64,000 bases of DNA from an uncultured Lachnospiraceae bacterium (GTDB taxonomy: Bacteria > Bacillota > Clostridia > Lachnospirales > Lachnospiraceae), in assembly GCA_902766735.1 (NCBI GenBank), contig CACXEU010000007.1, forward strand, positions 62,509 to 126,508, read 5' to 3'. Below the pieces are notes generated by a model. That model worked only from the letters and a program-made list of their open reading frames with translations, did not search any database and had not been told where the DNA came from. Of this stretch, positions 56,303 through 64,000 are shown piece by piece; within the stretch, counting starts at the first letter, position 1, and the number at the start of each line of letters is the position of its first letter. Made by a program: the position numbers and the translations under genes.

Positions 56303-56983
56303 ATGAAGAAAATATATATTATTGCAACGATTTCAGCTGTAGCATGTGCTATGTTGCTGTTTATCTTTTTACAAAACTATGAGAAAAAAGGTGGAAGTGG
56401 TTCTATTCAGGACAAAATCGCAAAAGAAAAAATTGTAACAGTAGTAGTTGCTCAGCAGGAAATTCCTGAAAACACACAGATTACGGCAGAGATGCTTACA
56501 AAGATTCAGGTACCTCAGAGTGCAGCAAACTATGACGCGTTTAATAGCCCGAATGCGGTAGTTGGTAAGTTTACAAATGTTAAGATTTTACCAAAAGAAC
56601 AGGTGTTGAGAGCGAAAGTTTACGATGAAAAAACAGGTAATAATGATTCATTGGCACTTGGATTAGGTAGTGATGTAAACGTTGATGAAGATTCCAGAGC
56701 AATCACATTGAATGTTGATTTGGAACAGGGAGTTGGTGGATACGTACAGAAAGGTGATTTCGTAGACGTATTAGCAGCAAAGTCTGATTCAGAAAATCCA
56801 CAGGTTTGGATTGAAGGTGCTTATATTATCCGTATTGGTGATCAGCACTATACAGCAGAAGCTGGTGTATACACTAGTGTGACTATTGCATGTTCCATGG
56901 AAGACTGTCAGAAACTTTATCGTTTACAGTCAAATAAGGGTGCGGGATGGAGCTTCAGCTTTGTATTGAGACCTAAAAAATAA
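56303..56983 (+). CDS. cpaB: Flp pilus assembly protein CpaB/RcpC-like
   Basis: N-terminal TM followed by a SAF-like segment (IVTVVVAQQEIPENTQITAEMLTKIQVP). Position after tadE. Confidence 0.7.
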   Translation: MKKIYIIATISAVACAMLLFIFLQNYEKKGGSGSIQDKIAKEKIVTVVVAQQEIPENTQITAEMLTKIQVPQSAANYDAFNSPNAVVGKFTNVKILPKEQVLRAKVYDEKTGNNDSLALGLGSDVNVDEDSRAITLNVDLEQGVGGYVQKGDFVDVLAAKSDSENPQVWIEGAYIIRIGDQHYTAEAGVYTSVTIACSMEDCQKLYRLQSNKGAGWSFSFVLRPKK

Positions 56984-57014
56984 AAAACTAAGTTAGAGAA
57001 AGTGGTGAATTAAT

Positions 57015-57767
57015 ATGAGAAATAAGGAAGACAGAAATGAAGATGTAATGCGTGATGCCACTGTAGTTGCCGTTTTTGGAACAAAGGGTGGAACAGGAAA
57101 AACTACTTTTGCCGTAAACTATGCAATGTCATTGCAGGATATTGGAAAAAAAGTATTATTGATAGACCTGGATCTCCAGTTTGGAGATGTTGGAGTATTC
57201 TTAGATATTCCAAAATTTGAGACGATTTCAGATTTGGTAACGGATGGCGATTTTTCTCTTGAAAATGTTAACACATATTTGTTTAAACATAAGAGTGGAA
57301 TGCAGGTTATGTGTGCACCGAATTCACCAGAATTTGCAGAATTGGTAAAACCGGATCACATTAGCATGATTGTAGATGTATTAAGAAATGAGTTCGACTA
57401 TATCATTTTTGATTTAGGACCAACCATTGACGAAACATCCCTTCAGGCAGTTGATATTTGCAATGATATTTGCTTCATTATTACGCCGGATATTTCAAGT
57501 TTGAAAAATGCCAAGGTATGTTTAAAAGTATTAGATACTTTGGGATTGACAGGAAAAGTTAAGTTAATCTTGAATAAGGATGGTAGTTCAGATATTAAGG
57601 CAAAGGATATGGAAGCTGCTTTGGGCGTGGGAATGAATTTGACAATTCCTTTCGATGCAAAGAGTGCAATTGCTTCTGTTAATAGAGGTATTCCGATTGT
57701 TACAGCTGCTCCAAAGTCAAAGGTAAGTAAAGTTATTAAGGATTTTGCAGAACAGGGAAGTAAATAA
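57015..57767 (+). CDS. tadZ: TadZ/CpaE-like ParA/MinD-family ATPase, no receiver-like N-domain
   Basis: Deviant Walker A VFGTKGGTGKTTFAVN. 250 aa. Confidence 0.75.
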   Translation: MRNKEDRNEDVMRDATVVAVFGTKGGTGKTTFAVNYAMSLQDIGKKVLLIDLDLQFGDVGVFLDIPKFETISDLVTDGDFSLENVNTYLFKHKSGMQVMCAPNSPEFAELVKPDHISMIVDVLRNEFDYIIFDLGPTIDETSLQAVDICNDICFIITPDISSLKNAKVCLKVLDTLGLTGKVKLILNKDGSSDIKAKDMEAALGVGMNLTIPFDAKSAIASVNRGIPIVTAAPKSKVSKVIKDFAEQGSK

Positions 57768-57790
57768 GGAAATCATTAAGGAGGAAGAAT

Positions 57791-59308
57791 ATGTCATTAC
57801 TTGAAAGAATGGGGAAAATTAGTACTCCAGAAGTGAAAGCACCGGAACCTGAAGAAAAGCCAGTTGCAAAAGAAGAGCCGGTTGTTGAGGAGAAAAAAGA
57901 GGATGTTAGTGAAGCGGCTGATGCTGCTGAAGCGACAGCAACAGATGTTGTAGAAGCTCCGGAGAAAGTGAGCGTTTCAAGTCTTTGGAAGACAAATACC
58001 TCTCAGAAAACTGCTCCTCCGAAAAAAGAAGAAAAAACCAACGAAGTGGACGAAAAAATGCTACAGATTATTGAAAACACTCATAAAGAAGTAGCGACAA
58101 TTTTATCCAGAACAGATAAAATTGAAAGTCCGGAAGAAATTGAAAAATTAATTGAAGAGATTGTTGAAGAAAACAACTCTGATATGAAACGTAATGATAA
58201 ATCGAAAGTTATCAAGACGGTTTACGATGAAATCACTGGTTTAGGACCGTTAGAAGAACTTTTGAATGATAAAGATATCAGCGAAGTTATGGTTAACGGA
58301 CCGAAACAGATTTACGTGGAAAAAAGAGGTAAGTTAACGAAATCGAATGTAACTTTTAATGACGAAGAACATGTTCGAAGAATTATTGATCGAATCGTAA
58401 CTCCGTTAGGAAGACGAATTGATGATTCTAACCCGATGGTTGATGCGAGACTTGCAGATGGATCCCGTGTTAACGCTATCGTTCCACCGTTAGCACTAAA
58501 CGGATCAACAATTACAATTCGAAAGTTCTCTGACACTCCATTAGGAATAAATGATTTGATTGGATTCGGTTCTCTGTCAAAGGAAATGGCTGAGTTTTTG
58601 GAAGAAGCAGTATTAGGTAAGTTAAATATTCTCGTATCCGGTGGTACTGGTTCCGGTAAAACAACATTGTTGAACGTTTTGTCGGCTTTTATCCCGGCAG
58701 ACGAACGTATTATTACCATCGAGGATGCGGCCGAATTAAAACTGTTACAGGATCATGTAGTATCACTTGAAAGCCGTCCGGCTAACTTGGAAGGGAATGG
58801 AGCGATTACCATTCGAGATTTGGTAAAGAACTCTCTTCGTATGAGACCTGACCGAATTGTTGTAGGTGAGTGTCGAGGCGGTGAAACAGTAGATATGCTC
58901 CAGGCCATGAATACAGGTCATGATGGATCTCTGACAACAGCCCATGCAAACTCACCAAGAGATGCATTGCTCCGTATCGAGACCATGTTCATGATGTCTG
59001 GTATGGAAATTCCGGTTACTGCGATTAGACAGCAGATTGCCGGAGCGTTGGATGTTATTGTACAGCAGGCTAGACTTCGTGATGGTTCCAGAAAGGTTAT
59101 TAGTATCTCAGAAGTAACCGGAATGGAAGGAGATATCATTACTACTCAGGAAATTTTCAAATATCATATTGAAGGATATGATTCAAATAATAAAGTCGTT
59201 GGTAGATTTATGAGCACAGGTGTTAAACCGATTTGTTGTGATAAGATGACAGCAAATGGTGCAAAGGTTAAAGACACTTGGTTCTTTGAAGACCGAATGA
59301 GAATGTAA
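57791..59308 (+). CDS. tadA: CpaF/TadA secretion ATPase with ~100-aa acidic disordered N-terminus
   Basis: Walker A SGGTGSGKTT, Asp/His boxes (IITIEDAAEL, MNTGHDGSLTTAHAN). RBS aaggagga. Confidence 0.9.
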   Translation: MSLLERMGKISTPEVKAPEPEEKPVAKEEPVVEEKKEDVSEAADAAEATATDVVEAPEKVSVSSLWKTNTSQKTAPPKKEEKTNEVDEKMLQIIENTHKEVATILSRTDKIESPEEIEKLIEEIVEENNSDMKRNDKSKVIKTVYDEITGLGPLEELLNDKDISEVMVNGPKQIYVEKRGKLTKSNVTFNDEEHVRRIIDRIVTPLGRRIDDSNPMVDARLADGSRVNAIVPPLALNGSTITIRKFSDTPLGINDLIGFGSLSKEMAEFLEEAVLGKLNILVSGGTGSGKTTLLNVLSAFIPADERIITIEDAAELKLLQDHVVSLESRPANLEGNGAITIRDLVKNSLRMRPDRIVVGECRGGETVDMLQAMNTGHDGSLTTAHANSPRDALLRIETMFMMSGMEIPVTAIRQQIAGALDVIVQQARLRDGSRKVISISEVTGMEGDIITTQEIFKYHIEGYDSNNKVVGRFMSTGVKPICCDKMTANGAKVKDTWFFEDRMRM

Positions 59309-59357
59309 AATTAACAATTAACGATAGCTTGAATGCAAGCAGAAAGTTGGAAAATAT

Positions 59358-60335
59358 ATGTATATGATAGGTATCCCTTTCGTTGCGATGATATTTGTAT
59401 TTTCTATAATGACTCTATTTTTGACCAGTCTTGAAAAAGATAAGATGGAAATTGAAAAGAGAGTACAAGGCCTCGTTACTGTGGAAACAGAACCAGAGCC
59501 GGAAAAAGAAAGTCGAAGATTACGCAGAAAGAAAGAAAAAGAAAAAGATAAAGAAAAAAATAAGATTCAGTTATCTGACGACATGAAAAAGAGGGTACAG
59601 GGGATTGAAGAAGAGTTATATAACTTGGGATTCAAGATTTCCACAAAGAACTTTTTCATCATGTGGTTTGGAGCTGCAGTATTAATCCCTCTTGTTTTCA
59701 CAATGTTAGGGTTTAATCAGATTATCGCATTGGCCGGTTTAGCTGTTGCAGTGGTTTTCCCGATTTTCTATCTTAGAAGAAAGAAGAAAAAAAGAAGGGA
59801 AGCGTTAGAAGAACAGTTGGTTGATGCCATTGGTGTGTTGATTAATGCGTTGCGCGCTGGTTATACATTCCAGTCAGCAATTTCAACAATTGCAGATGAT
59901 ATGGATGATCCGATTGCTGAAGAATTTGGACGTGTATTCAGAGAAACACAGAGAGGTATTACTTTGGAAGAAAGCTTGGATGCTCTTTCTGAAAGAATTG
60001 GCAGTGATGACTTGTCAATCATGTGTACTGCTATTAATATTCAGAGACAGGTTGGTGGTAACCTTTCTGAAATTCTTGAAAATATCTCAGGAACTATTAG
60101 ACAGCGTATCTCGTTAAAGGGTGAAATTAAGTCGAAGACTTCCAGTGGACGTATTTCGGGTTACATTGTAGGTGCGCTTCCGGTATTTATTTTGTTGGGT
60201 GTTTCGTTAATCAATCCGATGTATTCTGATACATTGCTTCATACTGGAACAGGACATATTCTGTTGATTGCCAGTGCGTGTTTAGAAGGAATTGGATTTG
60301 CGGTAATACAGAAAATTGTAACGGTAAAATATTAA
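59358..60335 (+). CDS. tadB: TadB-like type II secretion system F-family membrane protein
   Basis: T2SSF-like core (LVDAIGVLINALRAGYTFQSAI...IQRQVGGNLSEILENI) flanked by TM segments. Confidence 0.8.
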   Translation: MYMIGIPFVAMIFVFSIMTLFLTSLEKDKMEIEKRVQGLVTVETEPEPEKESRRLRRKKEKEKDKEKNKIQLSDDMKKRVQGIEEELYNLGFKISTKNFFIMWFGAAVLIPLVFTMLGFNQIIALAGLAVAVVFPIFYLRRKKKKRREALEEQLVDAIGVLINALRAGYTFQSAISTIADDMDDPIAEEFGRVFRETQRGITLEESLDALSERIGSDDLSIMCTAINIQRQVGGNLSEILENISGTIRQRISLKGEIKSKTSSGRISGYIVGALPVFILLGVSLINPMYSDTLLHTGTGHILLIASACLEGIGFAVIQKIVTVKY

Positions 60336-60368
60336 TTAGTAAGAAATTAAGGATATGGAGGAATACAT

Positions 60369-61295
60369 ATGAATGCAATGACTATATTAGTGACTTTAGT
60401 ATTTATGGTGTCCGTGTTTTTCGTGTACGTTGCAATTTTCCAATTCTTTGAAACTCGAACGAAGATGAATAAACGTCTTGAAGGGGTACGAGAAGAACAG
60501 GAATTTCTTGGCGAAGAAGAAAATGAAAAGAGCGGCTTAAAAGATAGAATTCGTCAGCAGCAGTCAGAAAGACGAATGAGAATTACTCGTGAAAAAGCAA
60601 AGAAAGAGGTTAACAACGAAGCTGAATCAAATGTTGAAGCATTACTAGATAAAGCGGATGTGGATTTCACAGCAAACCAGTTTACTGCAATCAAGGTAAT
60701 TTTAATGATTACTGCAGTAATGTTAGGGTTCTTCCTGACAGGAGCATTGTCGTTGACCATGATACAGAGAGTAGCAGCAATTCTTGTTTTAGCAATAATT
60801 GCCATGATTTTGCCAACGCGTGTTTTGGTAATGAAGATTGATGCAAAGAAAAAGCACATCAGACAGCATCTTCCGGATGTAATGGACTTGCTGGTAGTAA
60901 GTGTTGAAGCAGGTTTAGGTTTTGATGCAGCATTAGCAAAACTTTATGAAAAAGATAAATCGCCATTAATGCAGGAATTTATGCAGGCGTCTCGAGATAT
61001 TAAGCGAGGCGTTTCCAAGAAGGAAGCGTATGATGCTCTTGCAAAACGATGTGACGTAAAAGAAATGACTTCGTTTGTAATGGCTATTATTCAGGCAGAT
61101 CAGATGGGTATTTCTGTTCGATCTATTTTAAGAACACAGTCAGAGTCATTAAGAGAAAAGAGAAGACAACGTGCAGAAGAAAAAGCTTTAAAGGCACCGG
61201 TATTGATGCTTCTCCCTCTGGTTATTTTTATCTTCCCGGTTATCTTCATTGTGTTACTAGGACCAGCAGCTATTACAGCGATGAGTAGTTTTTAG
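60369..61295 (+). CDS. tadC: TadC-like type II secretion system F-family membrane protein
   Basis: T2SSF-like core (LPDVMDLLVVSVEAGLGFDAAL...ADQMGISVRSILRTQSE). RBS atggagga. Confidence 0.8.
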   Translation: MNAMTILVTLVFMVSVFFVYVAIFQFFETRTKMNKRLEGVREEQEFLGEEENEKSGLKDRIRQQQSERRMRITREKAKKEVNNEAESNVEALLDKADVDFTANQFTAIKVILMITAVMLGFFLTGALSLTMIQRVAAILVLAIIAMILPTRVLVMKIDAKKKHIRQHLPDVMDLLVVSVEAGLGFDAALAKLYEKDKSPLMQEFMQASRDIKRGVSKKEAYDALAKRCDVKEMTSFVMAIIQADQMGISVRSILRTQSESLREKRRQRAEEKALKAPVLMLLPLVIFIFPVIFIVLLGPAAITAMSSF

Positions 61296-61312
61296 AATAG
61301 TGAGAAATTTTT

Positions 61313-61657
61313 ATGAAATGCAAAAAAGTATTTGTAAATCAGACAGAAATTGGTAATATATATATAGCGGATAATTTCTTTTTGAGATTAAGAGGCTTAA
61401 TTGGAAGGAATCCATCGGAAGTGGGAGCACTGTTTATTAAACCGTGCTCTCAAATCCATACCTTTATGATGTCAGCGCCCATTGATGTGGTTTACGTTGA
61501 TGTGAATGGAGTGGTTCTTAAGATTGATGAGAATGTCCCGAAAAATAAGTGCAAGCCGATTGTGAGAAAAAGCAAGGCGGTGGTAGAGTTCCCGGCATTT
61601 AAGGCGAAGGAACTAAACATCAACATTGGTGATGTGATAACAATTTCCGAAAATTAA
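61313..61657 (+). CDS. DUF192-domain protein
   Basis: ADNFFLRLRGLIGR...LFIKPCSQIHTFMMSAPIDVVYVDVNGVVLKI matches the DUF192 pattern. Confidence 0.65.
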   Translation: MKCKKVFVNQTEIGNIYIADNFFLRLRGLIGRNPSEVGALFIKPCSQIHTFMMSAPIDVVYVDVNGVVLKIDENVPKNKCKPIVRKSKAVVEFPAFKAKELNINIGDVITISEN

Positions 61658-61682
61658 AGAAGGGTTATATGGTGATTGAAAA

Positions 61683-62228
61683 ATGAGTGAAGAAAATGTA
61701 TCGATTGAGGACTTACGTAGCGCGGTAGAAAATGAACACCGATTTGCCACAGTGCTTCGAGGCTACGACAAAAAAGCTGTTAATACATATCTGAAAGAAA
61801 TGGAAGAAAATTATCAGCAGTCTTTAGCAGAATATGACGAGAAAAGAGTAGATATCATTAAAGAAAATGAACTTCTGAATGAAAAAGTGGAAATCTTAAA
61901 TGCCAGAATTAAGGATTTGAATGCTCGTTTGGATGCGAAAAGAGATAATGACGAAAAGATTCGTCAGACTGTAATGGCAGAGATGAGTGTAAAAACAAAT
62001 CAGATTAAAAGTGAAAAACGTGAAGTTGAGTTGAAGTTAACAGAGACAGAAAAAGAATTAGAAAACTTTAAGGCAGATGTTAAGGAAGCAACTGGTGAAT
62101 TAAACGGAATGAGCGAGAAACTTGAAAAACTACTTAGAGAAAAGTTTGATGAATGTGCTGAAATCATTAAAACTTGGGATACACAGCATAGTGTTGTTGT
62201 GGAAAATATTGAAAATCAGGTTAAATAA
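61683..62228 (+). CDS. DivIVA-domain coiled-coil protein
   Basis: N-terminal FATVLRGYDKKAVNTYLKEMEE (DivIVA F-x4-RGY motif) followed by a coiled coil. Weak RBS. Confidence 0.65.
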   Translation: MSEENVSIEDLRSAVENEHRFATVLRGYDKKAVNTYLKEMEENYQQSLAEYDEKRVDIIKENELLNEKVEILNARIKDLNARLDAKRDNDEKIRQTVMAEMSVKTNQIKSEKREVELKLTETEKELENFKADVKEATGELNGMSEKLEKLLREKFDECAEIIKTWDTQHSVVVENIENQVK

Positions 62229-62273
62229 TGATTTAAAAATATTCTTTTGGAATAAGGGTTAGGAGAAATGCTT

Positions 62274-63716
62274 ATGAATCTAAAGAAAATCTTAAAAAAT
62301 GAAAATGGTGCTACAGCCGTAATTGTTGCGCTGCTTATGGTTGTTCTCTTGGGAATTGTGGCCATTGTAGTTGATTTAGGCCGTGGCTATAATGAAAAAG
62401 CTCAGATGCAGTCGGCATGTGACCTTGCGGCATTGGCTGGCGCGAAAAAACTTCCAGATTCTTCTGCTGCGGATGTAGCTGCAAGACAAATTGCTATTTC
62501 AAATGGATACGATCCTTCTGAAATAAACGTGGAAGTATTTGACGGTAATTCAAGAGTTCGAGTTACAATTAATCAGAGAAAAAATACGTTATTTGCGGGT
62601 GTAATCGGTGTTAACAATATGAATATCGGATGTACAGCCGTTGGTTCAAAAGATCTGACGCCATCTTCGAATGTGAAACGAGTGAATCCATTTTTTGACT
62701 ATTTGTTATTCCATTCTGGTGAGACAGGAACGTTGACTCTTGGAACATCTGGATTAAAGGTATATGGTGGAATTCATTCTAATGCGAACATCATGATTAA
62801 CCAATTAGATACTATTGGTGGATTTTCAAGTGTAGGTAACTTTGATGGCTCTGTGTCTTGCAAGGTTGTTCGTGCAACGGATGTTGAAAAAGATGAATAT
62901 GAAGAAATTGGAACTGCTGAAAGGCAGTGGTGGCCATATAATGGTTATGTCCTGAGAAAGAAGGACGGTTCGACGGCACCTTTGAATGAAACGGTGTTTT
63001 ATAAGAAGACGGATGACATAATTGAGGTACCTTCTTCAATTATGGATGCAGCAATGGATATTATTCCAACAGATTCCAGCGGAAATCCGAAAATGCCGGA
63101 ATCACACAATGTTGCAGTAGAAGGAAGCGTTGTAGAAAACAATAACCGAGTGATTAATGGTGATATTGTAATCTATGGTGATGGTAAGGTATGGTGTCAT
63201 ACCGGTCATATTACGGTAAATGGAAATATTTATTGTACTGGAAATCTTCAGTTGCAGAGAGTAACCATTAATGGTGATGTATATTGCTGTAAAAAAATCA
63301 CAACTTCAGGTGAAAATATTAGTTTCAATGGAAATTATGTATATGCTGATAGTTGCGAACCTGGAAATGGAATTAATGTAAAAGGTGTTATCGTAGTAAA
63401 CCATAATTTTAGAACTACTGGTAATGTGAACCAGTTAGATGGTGGTGTGGCAGTTCTTTCCTTGCACGGTAATATTGCATTAACTGCAGGAAATCAGACT
63501 CTTAATGGAATTGTATATGCTCCAGAAGGAAGTGTAGAGTTTGGTGGTGGAACTGTTATTCATGGGAATGTAATTGCAAAGGACTTACCAGTAAGATCTG
63601 CGCTTACGATTTATCCGATGAAGCAGGCAACCATTGATGATTTAGATGATATGGTAACAATTACACAGCCAGGTGGACCGACTGGTTCAAATGGTGAAGT
63701 TAAACTGGTTGAGTAA
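62274..63716 (+). CDS. tadG: TadG-like pilus-associated protein with C-terminal beta-helix-type repeats
   Basis: Second ATG chosen for RBS spacing. N-terminus ENGATAVIVALLMVVLLGIVAIVVDLGRGY is the TadE/G-like N-domain. C-terminal iterative motifs (INGDIVIYGDG, VNGNIYCTGN, INGDVYCCKK, FNGNYVYADS, LNGIVYAPEG). Confidence 0.7.
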   Translation: MNLKKILKNENGATAVIVALLMVVLLGIVAIVVDLGRGYNEKAQMQSACDLAALAGAKKLPDSSAADVAARQIAISNGYDPSEINVEVFDGNSRVRVTINQRKNTLFAGVIGVNNMNIGCTAVGSKDLTPSSNVKRVNPFFDYLLFHSGETGTLTLGTSGLKVYGGIHSNANIMINQLDTIGGFSSVGNFDGSVSCKVVRATDVEKDEYEEIGTAERQWWPYNGYVLRKKDGSTAPLNETVFYKKTDDIIEVPSSIMDAAMDIIPTDSSGNPKMPESHNVAVEGSVVENNNRVINGDIVIYGDGKVWCHTGHITVNGNIYCTGNLQLQRVTINGDVYCCKKITTSGENISFNGNYVYADSCEPGNGINVKGVIVVNHNFRTTGNVNQLDGGVAVLSLHGNIALTAGNQTLNGIVYAPEGSVEFGGGTVIHGNVIAKDLPVRSALTIYPMKQATIDDLDDMVTITQPGGPTGSNGEVKLVE

Positions 63717-63730
63717 AAAAAGATTTGACA

Positions 63731-63769
63731 AACATCTGTATATCAGAGATGATATACAGATGTTTTTTT
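63731..63769 (+). terminator. Rho-independent terminator ending the Tad operon
   Basis: 15-bp perfect stem aacatctgtatatca (63731-63745) / tgatatacagatgtt (63750-63764), 4-nt loop, then a T-run. Confidence 0.8.
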
Positions 63770-64000
63770 GTGCGTGTTACGAGAAGCAATGTGAAAAAAT
63801 ATTACATATTTGAAGGAAGTAATATAATATCAAAACAAATTCAAATTTGTGTAAAAAAAAGAAATTGAAATGTTTTTACCACTAAGAGTAGAAATTGTGA
63901 AAAATGTACATATCTTACACAAAAATAGTGTGCTTGGAAGCGTTTCTTTGGTGTAGTTTTCACAAAACATTGGACATACTGCCGAAAAGTTGACAAAACT

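Noticed and set aside
54854-63716. Calling the Tad locus a mobile element or genomic island
   Set aside because: Tad loci are often horizontally acquired. However, I see no integrase, transposase, flanking direct repeats or tRNA gene in the window, and I cannot compute composition statistics. It is not annotated as a mobile element.

Overview
Chromosomal window from a low-GC Gram-positive anaerobe. Gene content, T-box and S-box leaders and sporulation-linked genes suggest Clostridia, Lachnospiraceae-like; the taxon is inference only. (1) 1-22.9 kb holds mostly housekeeping genes: flotillin, GH2 beta-glucuronidase, a Leu T-box leader in front of a leuA that carries a C-terminal AraC-type HTH, SAM-I riboswitch plus metK, a pdxK/pdxR divergon, cca, phosphoglucomutase, ispE, murI and plsC. 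(2) 23-49.3 kb is a large glycan locus. It has a lipoprotein SBP, then a translationally coupled 12-kb operon: a TM-anchored 1066-aa SBP fusion, two ABC permease pairs, an NHL/TPR/Yip1-like membrane protein and a large DUF5696-like protein, with no ATPase gene. This is followed by two secreted GH16 enzymes, a LacI regulator, two GH94-clan phosphorylase-like genes and a cytoplasmic GH17-like enzyme. Together these suggest a beta-1,3-glucan (laminarin-type) phosphorolytic pathway. (3) 49.6-54.4 kb holds three tandem secreted proteins with CBM-like domains, acidic SSEEQ/TSEV repeat linkers and a shared lysine-rich FN3-like C-terminal module. That module also occurs in both GH16 enzymes and one lipoprotein. 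(4) 54.9-63.7 kb is a Gram-positive Tad/Flp pilus operon with embedded DUF192 and DivIVA genes, preceded by a 485-bp purine-skewed A-tract region. Two structured intergenic repeat elements were found: a 28-bp tandem array plus 25-bp perfect hairpin after the GUS gene, and a ~170-bp inverted repeat between the phosphorylase genes. I recognised no rRNA, tRNA, CRISPR array, transposase or integrase. All family calls rest on motif recognition by eye; no searches were run.
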